A model generated the notes under the pieces. It was not told the DNA's origin and made no database searches. It worked only from the letters and a program-made list of their open reading frames with translations. A stretch of 64,000 bases of DNA from Gemmatimonadales bacterium (GTDB taxonomy: Bacteria; Gemmatimonadota; Gemmatimonadetes; Gemmatimonadales; GWC2-71-9): assembly GCA_035763805.1 (NCBI GenBank), contig DASUAL010000109.1, positions 2,191 to 66,190 on the forward strand, written 5' to 3'. Both the position numbers and the translations under genes were made by a program. Shown here piece by piece: positions 31,066-42,441 of this stretch (positions within the stretch are counted from its first letter, which is position 1; the number at the start of each line of letters is the position of its first letter).

Positions 31066-32214
31066 TTAGCCCCGGTAGAGCCACCCGGCGCCGGTGTTGA
31101 AGAGAACCACGCGTTCCTCGGCCCGGATCCCCCCGCGCGCCTTGAGCTCCGTGGCCGCCGCCAGCGCCGCTCCGCCCTCCGGGCATGCGTCAATGCCCTC
31201 GAGCGTTTGGAGGTCCCTGGCAGCCGCCTGGAGCCGGGCGTCGGTCACGGCGACCGCGCCCCCGTGGCTCTCCCGCAGGGCCCGAAGCATCAGCCGGTCG
31301 CCGAGCGGCGCCGGCACCCGCAGCCCGGAGGCGATGGTCTCCGGCTCGGGCCACGGCGTGCAGGCGTCGGCACCCGCCGCAAAGGCCCGCACGACAGGGG
31401 CGCACCCCGTGGACTGCACGCTATACAGTCGCGGCAAGGGCCCGCGCACCCACCCCGCGTCTACGAGCTCGCCGAACGCCTTCCACATCCCGATCAAACC
31501 GGTGCCTCCGCCGGTGGGATACACGATCACATCGGGCAGGGTCCAGCCGAGCTGCTCCGCGAGCTCGAGCCCCAGGGTCTTCTTGCCTTCGATGCGGTAG
31601 GGCTCGCGCAGAGTGGACATGTCGACGGCGTTGGTCTCCGCGGCGTACGCCCGCGCCACTCTCCCGCAGTCGCCGATGTGGCCCTCCACGAGCTGGAGGT
31701 CGGCGCCGAAGCCCCGGATCTGGGCCAGGATGGTGGGCGGTGTGCTCACGGGTGCGTAGACACGGGCCGCGACGCCCGCCCTCGCGGCGTACGCCGCCAG
31801 TGCGATGCCGGCGTTCCCGGCAGTGGGCACGACGAAGCGGCGCGCGCCCGCACGCACCGCGCGCGTCACCGCAGCTGAGAGCCCGCGCGCCTTGAAGGAC
31901 CCAGTCGGGTTCGTGCCCTCTTCCTTGATCCGGAGGTCTTGGAACCCGCACCGTGTCGCGATCCATTCGACCGCGAGGAGCGGCGTGCCGCCCTCGCCCA
32001 GCGTCACGGGCGACTCACCATCGGCGACGGGCAACCACTCGCGATAGCGCCACATGGTCCAGCGTCGCTCGCGCAACAGCGACTTCGCTTCCGGCCGGGG
32101 GGCGAAGCGGTAGCGGACGAGATAGGGCTGTCCGCATTCGCACAGCGCCGGCAATCCATCCGCGCTGCGGGTCTTGCCGCACCCGGAGCATTCGAGGGAC
32201 CAGGAGACGGTCAC
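31066..32214 (-). CDS. thrC: Threonine synthase (short type with N-terminal zinc ribbon)
   Basis: GTG 32214 overlaps the uvrC TGA; track start 32838 is over-extended. CSGCG...CECG zinc ribbon and PLP-lysine motif NPTGSFKARG. Confidence 0.85.
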   Translation of the reverse strand: MTVSWSLECSGCGKTRSADGLPALCECGQPYLVRYRFAPRPEAKSLLRERRWTMWRYREWLPVADGESPVTLGEGGTPLLAVEWIATRCGFQDLRIKEEGTNPTGSFKARGLSAAVTRAVRAGARRFVVPTAGNAGIALAAYAARAGVAARVYAPVSTPPTILAQIRGFGADLQLVEGHIGDCGRVARAYAAETNAVDMSTLREPYRIEGKKTLGLELAEQLGWTLPDVIVYPTGGGTGLIGMWKAFGELVDAGWVRGPLPRLYSVQSTGCAPVVRAFAAGADACTPWPEPETIASGLRVPAPLGDRLMLRALRESHGGAVAVTDARLQAAARDLQTLEGIDACPEGGAALAAATELKARGGIRAEERVVLFNTGAGWLYRG

Positions 32215-34025
32215 GCGCCCTGGTTCAACCGGTCGAGAATCCGCTCGGCGAGTCTCGTCGAGAATCCCGGAATGGCGGCGATCTCGGCCGGCGTCGCCGT
32301 CTTCACCCCCGCGAGCGACCCGAACCGCTCGAGCAGCGCCCGCCGGCGGCCCGGCCCGATCCCTGGAACGGCGAGGAGCTCCGAGGTGATCGTGCGCTGT
32401 GCGCGGCGCTTGCGACTGTAGCTCACGGCGAACCGATGCGCCTCGTCGCGGGCCCGCTGCAGCAGCTTGAGCGACGGGCTCCGGCGCGACAGGCGCAGCG
32501 GGTCGCGGCGGGCCGGCAGGAAGATGTCCTCCTCCTTCTTCGCGAGGGCGACGATGGGCAGCGTGTCCTGCCCCAGAGTTCGGGCGGCGTCGAGCGCGGC
32601 GCCGAGCTGTCCTTTGCCGCCGTCGATCACCATCAAGTCGGGAAGCCGCTTGTCCTCCGTGATCCGGCGCGAGAGGTAGCGCGTCACCACTTCGTGCACT
32701 GCCGCGAAGTCGTCCTGCTGCGCGGGGGGGCTCTTGATCCTGAACCGACGGTATTCGGCCTTTTTCGGGCGGCCGGCCTCGAACCACACCAGCGAGCCGA
32801 CGGTGTCCCGGCCCTGGTTCGTCGAAATGTCGATGCACACGAACGCGCGCGGCACGGCGGCGAGGCCCAGGTCCCGCCCCAGCGCGAACACCGGGTCGGC
32901 TGCACGCTCGTCGATATCGAAGCTCTCGATCTTGAGGCTATCGAGGAGGTGGCGAGCATTCTGGTCCGCGAGCTCGGCGAGCTTGGCGAACGTGCCGCGC
33001 TGCGGGACATGCCATTCCACGTCAGGTCCGAGCTGCGCGAGTGACTCCAGATCCTCCGGGGCGAACGGCAGGAGCGCCCGGCGGGCGCGTGCCTCGAGCG
33101 GCAGGTAGCAGCGCACCAGGAACGCCGCGAGCACCGCCCCCTCGCTCTCGTGCTCGACGTTCTCGAGGAAGCGGTAATCCCGAGCGATCAGCTTGCCGTC
33201 GCGCACCCGCAGCACCACGCCGCAGGCGTCGTCTCCGTCGCGGGCGAACCCGACGGCGTCCGCATCCCCACCCCCCACGAGCTCCATCGTTTGCGGCTGC
33301 TCGAGCTGGTCCAGCCAGGTGAGGGCGTCCCGGAGCTGCGCGGCGCGCTCGAAGTCGAGGCGGTGCGCCGCCTCCTGCATCCGCTCCCGCAGCCGGGTCC
33401 GCACGTCCACCGTCTTGCCCTCGAGAAAGAGCAGGACGTCGTCGATCATCCGGCGGTAGTCCTCCTGGCTCTGGAAGCCGACGCACGGCGCCTTGCAGCG
33501 CTCGATGTGGTAGTCGAGGCAGGGCCGGTCCGGAGCCTCCGTCGGCAGGTTCCAGTGGCACGAGCGGACCGTGAAGATACGGCGGACGATGTTGAGCATC
33601 TGCCGCAGCGTGGCGACGTCGGTATAGGGCCCGAAGTAGCGCGCTCCCGGGATGTTCACTCGCCGCAGGACGAGAATCCGCGGGAACGGCTCGGCCAGCG
33701 TCACGGCGATGCGCGGATAGCTCTTGTCGTCCGTGAGCCGGATGTTGAAGCGGGGTTTGTGCTCCTTGATCAAATTGTTCTCGAGCAGCAACGCCTGCGC
33801 CTCGTTGGGCACGATGATCGTCTCGAGGTCGGCGAGCTGTCGCACCAGGGCGGCGCGCTCGGGCGTGGACTCGGCTTCGGGCCCGAAGTAGCTCGGCACC
33901 CGCGAGCGCAGGCTCTTCGCCTTCCCTACGTACAGGATCTCGCCCGCCGCGCTCTTCCAGAGGTACACGCCGGGCTTGTCGGGGAGGGCTTGCAGCTTCC
34001 GGTCGATCAGCTCACGAACTTCCAC
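32211..34025 (-). CDS. uvrC: Excinuclease ABC subunit C
   Basis: GIY-YIG motif PGVYLWKSAAGEILYVGKAKSLRSRV lies 17 aa after GTG 34025. UVR motif and C-terminal (HhH)2. The track start is over-extended. Confidence 0.92.
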   Translation of the reverse strand: MEVRELIDRKLQALPDKPGVYLWKSAAGEILYVGKAKSLRSRVPSYFGPEAESTPERAALVRQLADLETIIVPNEAQALLLENNLIKEHKPRFNIRLTDDKSYPRIAVTLAEPFPRILVLRRVNIPGARYFGPYTDVATLRQMLNIVRRIFTVRSCHWNLPTEAPDRPCLDYHIERCKAPCVGFQSQEDYRRMIDDVLLFLEGKTVDVRTRLRERMQEAAHRLDFERAAQLRDALTWLDQLEQPQTMELVGGGDADAVGFARDGDDACGVVLRVRDGKLIARDYRFLENVEHESEGAVLAAFLVRCYLPLEARARRALLPFAPEDLESLAQLGPDVEWHVPQRGTFAKLAELADQNARHLLDSLKIESFDIDERAADPVFALGRDLGLAAVPRAFVCIDISTNQGRDTVGSLVWFEAGRPKKAEYRRFRIKSPPAQQDDFAAVHEVVTRYLSRRITEDKRLPDLMVIDGGKGQLGAALDAARTLGQDTLPIVALAKKEEDIFLPARRDPLRLSRRSPSLKLLQRARDEAHRFAVSYSRKRRAQRTITSELLAVPGIGPGRRRALLERFGSLAGVKTATPAEIAAIPGFSTRLAERILDRLNQGA

Positions 34026-35614
34026 AGGCGCGTCGCGTCGGGGTGCTTCAAGACCAGCGTGATGCCGCCGTACACGACACCAAAGATACCCAGGCTGACC
34101 AGGGCCCTGGGAATGGGTCCCCACGTGTCGGCGAGCGCGGCGATCCCGACACCCGCGCCTGCCGCCGCGAGCGCCGCGCCGAGCGTCGCCCCGGTCGCGC
34201 GCCACTCGGGCCGCCCCACGACCGCGCCGATGCGGCGGTCGAGGGCGCGCAAATGCAGCACCACGTTCACCCAAGCGCCGAGCGACGAGCCGAGTGCCAC
34301 GCCAGCGGGACCAAGGCGCTGCATCAGCAGCACGGCGAGTCCGGTCGAGACAAGGAGCGAGGAGGCGGCGATCTTCACGGGCGTCCTGGTGTCGCGCAGC
34401 GCGTAGAACCCCGACGCGAAGAGCTTCACCGTCGCCTGCCCCAGGAGGCCCACGCCGTACGCCGCCAGCACGCCTCCCACGAGTTCCGAGTCGGAGGCGT
34501 CGAACCGGCCGGTCTGAAACAGCGCTGCGATGAGCACAGGCCCCAGCGCTACGAACGCCAGCGACGACGGCACGACGAAATAGGCGATCCGCCGAAACCC
34601 CGCCGCGACCCGCGCCCGCAGCAGATCGTTCGGTGCGGGCGCGCCCGATTCCCCCGGCCCAGTCCGCGCCGCGTCTCGGGACAGCTCAGGAAGCGATACG
34701 GCGGCCACCGAGACTCCGAACAGGCTCACAGGCAGCACCTGCACCAGCTGCGCGTACCCGAGGCTCGAGAGCCCGCCCGGTCCCGTAAACGAGCCCAGGA
34801 ACGTGTCCACCAGCCCCGAGATCTGCGCCACTCCAGCGCCCAGTACCAGGGGGGCCCAGGCGACAAGGACGTCGCGCACCCCTTCGGGCCGGGCGCTGAA
34901 CCGCAGCGCGATGCCTCGTAGCAGCTTCCAACAGGCCGGGAGCTGCACCGCGATCTGCAGGACGCTGCCCGCGACCGTCCCCCACGCGAGCGCGAGCGAC
35001 AGGCGGTACAACTGTGCGTCGTGCGGCAGGTCGCGGCTCACGCACCAGGTCGCCGCGCCGACCAGCGCCACGATGCCGGCGATGTTCCACAGCGCCGGCG
35101 CGGCGTACGGCAGGAAGAAGCGGCGGTGGGTGTTGAGGATGCCGAGGCACCACGCCGACACGACCATGAGCCCCGTCATGGGGAAGAGAATCCGGACGAG
35201 GGTGATGGTGAGCTGGCGGCGCGGCTCGTCGAACCCCTTGGCGATCAGCGTAGCGATGGCGGGGGCGAACGCGATTCCCAGCAGCGCCAGGACGCCCGAG
35301 GCGAGCACCAGCAGGCCCAGCACCGCGCCCGCGAGCGCCCGGGCGGCGGACTTGTCGGCTCGCTGGTTGAAGGCCGCGTAGACGGGGATGAACGATGCGG
35401 AGAGGGTTCCCTCGCCCAGCAGGTTGCGGATCGCGTTGGGGATACGGAGTGCAGCCCGAAAGGCGTCGGCCGCGACGCTGGTGTTGCCGAAGTAGTAGGC
35501 GAAGACGCGCTCGCGCACGTAGCCGAGCACGCGCGTCACGAGGATTCCGGCGGCGACCGTGGCCGCCTGACGTCCCCCCCCTCCTGCCCCTCCCCCGCCG
35601 GATGCCTCCGGCAC
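34007..35614 (-). CDS. murJ: Lipid II flippase MurJ (MviN)
   Basis: 535-aa polytopic membrane protein. N-terminal RVLGYVRERVFAYYFG and overall MurJ-like pattern. Confidence 0.88.
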   Translation of the reverse strand: MPEASGGGGAGGGGRQAATVAAGILVTRVLGYVRERVFAYYFGNTSVAADAFRAALRIPNAIRNLLGEGTLSASFIPVYAAFNQRADKSAARALAGAVLGLLVLASGVLALLGIAFAPAIATLIAKGFDEPRRQLTITLVRILFPMTGLMVVSAWCLGILNTHRRFFLPYAAPALWNIAGIVALVGAATWCVSRDLPHDAQLYRLSLALAWGTVAGSVLQIAVQLPACWKLLRGIALRFSARPEGVRDVLVAWAPLVLGAGVAQISGLVDTFLGSFTGPGGLSSLGYAQLVQVLPVSLFGVSVAAVSLPELSRDAARTGPGESGAPAPNDLLRARVAAGFRRIAYFVVPSSLAFVALGPVLIAALFQTGRFDASDSELVGGVLAAYGVGLLGQATVKLFASGFYALRDTRTPVKIAASSLLVSTGLAVLLMQRLGPAGVALGSSLGAWVNVVLHLRALDRRIGAVVGRPEWRATGATLGAALAAAGAGVGIAALADTWGPIPRALVSLGIFGVVYGGITLVLKHPDATRLWKFVS

Positions 35615-35616
35615 CG

Positions 35617-35892
35617 TCAGGAGCGTTTCTTTCTGTTCGGGTCTTCCAGCAGGCGCTGGACGAACTGGATCTCGTCCCGCATTCCCGTGACCGACCGCGT
35701 CAGATCCTGGAGATCGCTCTCCAGCACTTCGAGGCGGCGCTCCAGCTCGCGGACCTCGCTCCCCCGACCCGCCCCTTCGTCACCGCGCCCCTCCAGCCGG
35801 CGCGCCAACGAGCGGCCGAGCGGCGAGTCGAGCAGGATGGCGGTGATCGGAATCATCAGCGCGATGACGAGGACGACGACGAACAGCCACAT
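35617..35892 (-). CDS. Small single-pass membrane protein with coiled coil (PspB-like architecture)
   Basis: ATG 35892: MWLFVVVLVIALMIPITAILL TM, then ELERRLEVLESDLQDL coiled coil and RLLEDPNRKKRS tail. The PspB resemblance is architectural only. Confidence 0.45.
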   Translation of the reverse strand: MWLFVVVLVIALMIPITAILLDSPLGRSLARRLEGRGDEGAGRGSEVRELERRLEVLESDLQDLTRSVTGMRDEIQFVQRLLEDPNRKKRS

Positions 35893-35902
35893 GGCAAGGA
35901 TT

Positions 35903-37333
35903 CTACGAGGCGTCCGCCCAGCGCGCCACCTCTTGCGCGACCGCATCCACGAGCCCGGGGCCGTAGCGAATCGCAAACGACGCCAGCGTGAGCACACGCT
36001 CCTGCGGCTGCCCGCGCGGATACAGGGCGGCGCGGGCGCGCGCGATCTGGCGCACCAGTGTCTCGCCGTCGAGACGCTTCAGACTCGCGACGAGCTTTTT
36101 CTCGATCGCCTGCGTGCCCGAGAGCGCCGCGTTGCGCGCCGACTCCACCGTGCGCTCGAGGGTCGGGTCGATCCGCGTGACCGACTGCAGCAGGCGACCG
36201 TAGTGCTCCTCGATGTCGCTGCGCAACGCCGTGAGCGTCGCGACCGTCTCGGGCGGGAGGTCGAGCCGAACCAGCCGGGCTTCGAGCTCCCCGGGCTTGC
36301 CGTCGAAGGCGGTCAGATCGAGCCCGTGGCGCTCCAGCACCTTCTCGACGCGACCCTCGACGATCACCCCCGACCAGCGCGGCAGCGCTGCCTGGCGCGG
36401 AACGCCGCCCACCGCGTCGTATAACGGCGCGGCGTCGGGCAGGTAGCCGAGCTCGGCCGGCCCGGCGGCGTATGCGACGGTGGGCAGCAGCGCCGCCTCG
36501 ATCACGGGGCGGAGCAGCACGTTGGACGAGAGCCGCTCCGGCGCTTCCTGCGCGATGCGCTCGAGGTCCGCCTGCGTGAACCGCTCGCCACTCCGCCGCG
36601 TGACGAAGGCGCTCCCGTCCGATCGCAGCCGGTCGCGGCCCTGGCTCGCCTCGACCAGGACCGGCGTGTACCCATCGGCCAGCGTGACGGCGAGCGCTCT
36701 CAGCACCCAGGGTGCCGCAGCCTGCTTCACGCCGCGGTCATGGGCGCGGAGCACGGCAAGCCCGCGCGGCCCCAGCAGGGCATTCAGCGCGTCGGCGAAG
36801 GCGTCGGCGAGGCTCGCCTCCGGCCGATAACAGCGCTCGAGCCAGTCCAGCACCGCGCCCTTGAACTCGCTGTCCGGCATCCCGGCCCGCAGCCGTGCCA
36901 GTGCACCGCGGACCGCCTCCCCACACACTTCACGCGCAAGCGGGACGAGCGGGGAGTCGGCTGGGCGCTCGCGTAGCACGACTTGCGCGAGCTCGCCTCC
37001 CGAATCCAGGAACCACACATGGTTCGCCTCGGCGAAATCGTGGTCGTCCCCGGCGACCCAGAACACAGGAACGACGGGCACGCCGCGCTCTCGCTCGATC
37101 CGCCGAGCGAGGGCGACGGCGGACAGCGCCTTGTAGATGGTGTAGATCGGGCCGGTGAAGAGACCGGGCTGCTGGCCGGTCGTCACGGCGAGGACTTCGG
37201 CGGTGGCGAGCCGATCGCGCCCCGGACCGGGGAGCACGGATGCCACCACCTCCGGCCCCACGCGACGCGGCCTCGCACGCTGCGTCGGCAGCTCGAGCGG
37301 CGCGATGGGAGTGTGCACAATGCGCGGTATCAC
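35903..37333 (-). CDS. bshC: BshC-family protein (bacillithiol biosynthesis cysteine-adding enzyme homolog)
   Basis: TGQQPGLFTGPIYTIYKALSAVALA...VPVFWVAGDDHDFAEANH matches the GQQ(A/P)GL(L/F)TGPLYTIHK...FWVAGEDHD signature of B. subtilis BshC. GTG 37333 overlaps the upstream TGA. Confidence 0.8.
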   Translation of the reverse strand: MIPRIVHTPIAPLELPTQRARPRRVGPEVVASVLPGPGRDRLATAEVLAVTTGQQPGLFTGPIYTIYKALSAVALARRIERERGVPVVPVFWVAGDDHDFAEANHVWFLDSGGELAQVVLRERPADSPLVPLAREVCGEAVRGALARLRAGMPDSEFKGAVLDWLERCYRPEASLADAFADALNALLGPRGLAVLRAHDRGVKQAAAPWVLRALAVTLADGYTPVLVEASQGRDRLRSDGSAFVTRRSGERFTQADLERIAQEAPERLSSNVLLRPVIEAALLPTVAYAAGPAELGYLPDAAPLYDAVGGVPRQAALPRWSGVIVEGRVEKVLERHGLDLTAFDGKPGELEARLVRLDLPPETVATLTALRSDIEEHYGRLLQSVTRIDPTLERTVESARNAALSGTQAIEKKLVASLKRLDGETLVRQIARARAALYPRGQPQERVLTLASFAIRYGPGLVDAVAQEVARWADAS

Positions 37334-37971
37334 GCTTCTGCTTTCCCCCTTCTCCCTTCCCTGGGCTCTGCGAACACGTCCGCCTGAAACGCGAGAACCT
37401 CCGCGTCTGGTTCCCGCCACGCTTCGGGGGGGAGTCCCGCCTTGCGGCACGTTGCGGCGAGGAACGCCTCGGGCCCCCAATGATACTCGGTCGCGACTTG
37501 GGGGAGCAGCAGCCCGACGCGGTCGCCCCGGCGCACGATCAGTCCGTCACGGCCCACGACGATACGGCGCGGATCCACCGGCGCCGGCCCGAGCGCCGCC
37601 GGCCGCGAGAGCACTGAGATCTCGAGCGCGAGGCCCATCATCTCGGCCGAGGTCACGGGGGCAAACCGAGGGTCGTCCCGAGCGGCGGCGACCGTCATTT
37701 CGCGGACCACGTCACCCAGGCGACGGTCGTCCGCGACATGACCGATGCAGCCGCGTAACGCCCCGTGTTCGATGATGGTGACGAACGCCCCCCGCTTGAC
37801 CAGCGCCCCGGGTACGTCGGGAACGGGTGGCAGGGGGTGTCCTGCGAGAAGAGCCTCGAGCGTGTCGCGCGCGAGTCGCAGCAGGGCGGCCCGGTCCGCC
37901 CCGGTGAGCTCAGGATCCTCGATGGTACGGCTCCCCCCGACGGATGGTGTACGCGCGATACAACTGCTCAT
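37330..37971 (-). CDS. AMMECR1-domain protein (AmmeMemoRadiSam protein A-like)
   Basis: GAFVTI...LRGCIGH, AARDDPRFAPV and LEISVLS motifs. ATG 37971 would overlap rlmH by 62 nt, so the start is uncertain. Confidence 0.8.
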   Translation of the reverse strand: MSSCIARTPSVGGSRTIEDPELTGADRAALLRLARDTLEALLAGHPLPPVPDVPGALVKRGAFVTIIEHGALRGCIGHVADDRRLGDVVREMTVAAARDDPRFAPVTSAEMMGLALEISVLSRPAALGPAPVDPRRIVVGRDGLIVRRGDRVGLLLPQVATEYHWGPEAFLAATCRKAGLPPEAWREPDAEVLAFQADVFAEPREGRRGKAEA

Positions 37972-38334
37972 ACAGAATCACGCGCGCCACCTCATGCGGA
38001 AATGTCAGCCGGGACAGGCTCCAGATCCGCTCGGCTGTCCGCAGCACCGGCTCGCGCAGCCCGTCAGCGCCCCCGATCGCAAAGGCGATATCGCGGCCGT
38101 CCATCTCCCACCGCGCCGTCCAGTCCGCCAGCTCCTCGGACGTCCACTGCTCACCGTCTCCCGACAACGCGACGAGGCGCGAGCCCTCGGACATCGCCTC
38201 GAGGACTCGCGCCTCGTCCTTCACTTCCCGTTCCTCGACCCGCGTGTAGCGGCGCAACCGCTCCAGGTACCCGTCACAGGCCGCGCGGAGCGCCGCGTCC
38301 TTCATGCGGCCCACCGCGACGACCCGGTAGCGCA

Positions 38335-38335
<1 letters not shown>
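37910..38335 (-). CDS. rlmH: 23S rRNA (pseudouridine1915-N3)-methyltransferase RlmH
   Basis: The real start is ATG 38335 (MRYRVVAVGRMKD...), giving 141 aa. SPOUT C-terminus IAFAIGGADGL...LSLSRLTFPHEVARV. The track ORF is over-extended into gdh. Confidence 0.88.
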
Positions 38336-39648
<1,313 letters not shown>

Positions 39649-39671
39649 AACGCTCGAATGTCGAATCCGTC

Positions 39672-40697
39672 TCAGGGACGTTCGGCCGCTGCGAGCACGT
39701 CGTCCAACGCCCGCTCGAACGCCCGGCCGTTCCGTTCCCACCGGACGGCAAGCCCCGCGACCAGAGGCTCGGGGGCATCGCCCGGCCACCGTCCGCGGAG
39801 CTTTACGGCGTCCTTTTCGGTGACTACAACATAAGCCCCCGCGGCGGCCCGGACGAGGCGGTCGAGGTCGTCCCCCCCAAAGGGGTGATGATCTTGATAG
39901 GCAACGAGTTGCACATTCGCTCCGGCCCCCCGCAGCTGCACGGCGAAGCTCTCAGGATCGGCGATGCCGGCGGCGGCGAGAACGCTCCGGCCCGTGAGCA
40001 CCGCCAGATCGTGCCGCGTGCCGCTGTGCATCCCTTCCACATGGCTCAAGGCAAGGCACGCCACGCACACCGGGGTCCCAGCCTGCTGGCCGGCGATCCA
40101 GTCGGCGAGGCGGTCTGCGGCGTCCGCGGCGGCACGTTTTCGGGTGACGACGACGACGTCCGCCCGCTCGAGCGCGTCCCAGCGCTCGCGCCACGGCCCC
40201 GCCGGGAGCGTCCAGGGCGAGCCCGTGACGCTCTCGGCGCTCACGACGGCGACGTTCAGATCGCGCGCCACCGACAGGAGCTGGAACGCGTCATCGAGCA
40301 CGAGAATGCGGGCGCCCTGCTCGCGCGCGCGGCGCGCACCCGCGAGGCGGTCGGGGTGCGCCACGACCAGCGCGCCCGGAACGAGCCGCCGGTGCACGAG
40401 CGGCTCGTCCGCGCCGTACCCCCGCAGCAGGATCCCGGGCGTGCGACCGCGCGCCGCGTAGTAGCTGGCGATCCACGCCGCGAGGGGGGTCTTCCCCGTC
40501 CCGCCCACCGAGAGATTGCCCACGGCAACCGCCGGCAGGGGCAGGCGGCCGGCGCGCCGCCAGCCCCGCCGGTACGCCGTCGCGCGCAGCTGCATCGCCC
40601 CCCGGTACAGAACCGCGAGCGGGATGAGGGGGACCCGCGCTACGCGAGCCGCCGCGCCGTCGCTCCACAGCCAGTGCGTCACGCGGGCCGGGCTCAC
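39672..40697 (-). CDS. lpxK: Tetraacyldisaccharide 4'-kinase
   Basis: P-loop [16 protein letters not shown] 40697 overlaps the upstream TGA; track start 40868 is over-extended. Confidence 0.88.
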   Translation of the reverse strand: MSPARVTHWLWSDGAAARVARVPLIPLAVLYRGAMQLRATAYRRGWRRAGRLPLPAVAVGNLSVGGTGKTPLAAWIASYYAARGRTPGILLRGYGADEPLVHRRLVPGALVVAHPDRLAGARRAREQGARILVLDDAFQLLSVARDLNVAVVSAESVTGSPWTLPAGPWRERWDALERADVVVVTRKRAAADAADRLADWIAGQQAGTPVCVACLALSHVEGMHSGTRHDLAVLTGRSVLAAAGIADPESFAVQLRGAGANVQLVAYQDHHPFGGDDLDRLVRAAAGAYVVVTEKDAVKLRGRWPGDAPEPLVAGLAVRWERNGRAFERALDDVLAAAERP

Positions 40698-41332
40698 GCC
40701 CCGTCCCCGTCCCCGTACGTCACGACCCGGAGCGCGCGCGTGGCGTCGGCGATGGCGCGGCGCAGGCCGTCTTTCCCCTCCCCGACGTCGAACGGCGGGC
40801 TGTACGCGACCTCGACCGTGGCGAACGGCTTCGGGACGCAGAACCGGTCCCACGAGCGGATCCACCACGCCGACGACGTGCGGGCTCCGGCGGCGATCAC
40901 GAGCGCGTTGGCGTGCTGCGCCGCGGCGAGCGCCCCGGGCTTCACCAGCTCGGCAGGTCCGCGCGGGCCATCGGGCGTGAGGGCAACTTCGGCGCCGCCC
41001 CGCAGGTAGCGCACCAGCCCGAGCAGCCCCACCTCACCGCCTCGCTTCGTCGAGCCACGCACGACCCGGTACCCCCAGCGCCGGGACAGCTCCGCCAAGT
41101 AGCTGCCATCGCGGTGTCGGCTGATGAGCAACGCCATACCCTCGCCGCGTCGGCTGTAGAGCAGCGGCAGGATGCGGCTGTGCCACAACACGTACACGAT
41201 CGGCCGGTCGCGGTGGCGCGCCGCTTCCACGTGCTCCCAACCGCGGACGCGGTAGCGCCAGGTGGCGGCGAGCGCACTCAGGAGGCCCGCGCCCGCCGCG
41301 GTCGCCAACGGCTCGGCGCGGCGCAGTTTCAC
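40694..41332 (-). CDS. DUF374 / lysophospholipid-acyltransferase-like protein
   Basis: 212 aa from GTG 41332, which overlaps the lpxB TGA. PIVYVLWHSRIL...ISRHRDG...TPDGPRGP pattern of DUF374. The track ORF is over-extended. Confidence 0.7.
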   Translation of the reverse strand: MKLRRAEPLATAAGAGLLSALAATWRYRVRGWEHVEAARHRDRPIVYVLWHSRILPLLYSRRGEGMALLISRHRDGSYLAELSRRWGYRVVRGSTKRGGEVGLLGLVRYLRGGAEVALTPDGPRGPAELVKPGALAAAQHANALVIAAGARTSSAWWIRSWDRFCVPKPFATVEVAYSPPFDVGEGKDGLRRAIADATRALRVVTYGDGDGA

Positions 41333-42441
41333 CCCAGGAGCTCGGCGGCGAGCGCGGCCACACGGTCCGCGGCGCCCGGGGGCCCCAGCCGCTCGCGGAC
41401 GAGGGCGAGCCCGTCGCGCTGCCGCCGCGTGGCCTGGCTGGCTGGGTCGAGCAGCGGGAGCACGGCGGCGGCGAGCGCCTGGGGCGTCACCGCGCGCTGC
41501 AGCAACTCCGGTGAGATCTCGCGCCCCGCGATCAGGTTGACGAGTCCGACGCGCGGCACGCGCAGCAGCCGCATGCCGATGGCGAATGACACCGGATTCA
41601 GCCGGTAGGCGATCACCATCGGTAGGTCGGCGAGCGCGGCTTCGAGCGTCGTCGTACCGGACTTGCACAGCGCGGCGTCTGCTGCAGCGAATACGAGGGC
41701 GGGATCGCCAGGGTGGATGCGAATCACGCCGGGCGCGTCGTAGCGCCCCCGCGGCGTCCCCGCGACGATCACCTGCACGTCCGGCCGCGCGGCCAGCACG
41801 CCAGCCGCGGCCTCCCGGAACGCCGGCCACAGCCGCACGACCTCCAGCGCCCGGCTGCCGGGAAACAGCCCGAGCACCGGGCGCGTCGGGTCGAGCCCGA
41901 TCTCCCGGCGGGCTTCGGCGCGCGACGGCAGCGGCGGTCGGTCCTTGAGCGGATGCCCGACGAAGGTCGCGGGAACGCCGCGCTCCCGGAAGAACTCCTC
42001 CTCGAACGGGAGGATGACCGCGAGGCGACGGATGGCGGCCAGCTTGCGCACGCGCCCCACGCCCCACGCCCACATTTGGGGCGCGATGTAATAGAGCACG
42101 GGAATCCCGGCCGCGTGCGCAGCCGCCGCCACCCGCAGGTGGTAGCCGGGATAATCGACGAGCACGACGAGGTCGTAGCGCCCGGCGCGGAAGGCTTCGC
42201 GCACCCGCTTCAGCAGCCGAACGTGCGCCGGCAGCTTCCACAGCGCCTCGACGAAGCCCACAACCGACATGCGCTCCATCCGGTCGAGCACGCGGGCGCC
42301 CGCGACCTCGAGGCTCGGGCCCCCAAACGCTTCGAACGCAGCCTCGGGGAGGCGGCGCCGCAGCGCCGTCACCACCGCGGCGGCGTGCGCGTCTCCCGAC
42401 GGCTCTCCCGCCGACACGTAGATCCGGGGTGCGCGGCTCAC
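41329..42441 (-). CDS. lpxB: Lipid-A-disaccharide synthase
   Basis: RIYVSAGEPSGDAHAA N-terminus; GT19 pattern. Confidence 0.9.
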   Translation of the reverse strand: MSRAPRIYVSAGEPSGDAHAAAVVTALRRRLPEAAFEAFGGPSLEVAGARVLDRMERMSVVGFVEALWKLPAHVRLLKRVREAFRAGRYDLVVLVDYPGYHLRVAAAAHAAGIPVLYYIAPQMWAWGVGRVRKLAAIRRLAVILPFEEEFFRERGVPATFVGHPLKDRPPLPSRAEARREIGLDPTRPVLGLFPGSRALEVVRLWPAFREAAAGVLAARPDVQVIVAGTPRGRYDAPGVIRIHPGDPALVFAAADAALCKSGTTTLEAALADLPMVIAYRLNPVSFAIGMRLLRVPRVGLVNLIAGREISPELLQRAVTPQALAAAVLPLLDPASQATRRQRDGLALVRERLGPPGAADRVAALAAELLG

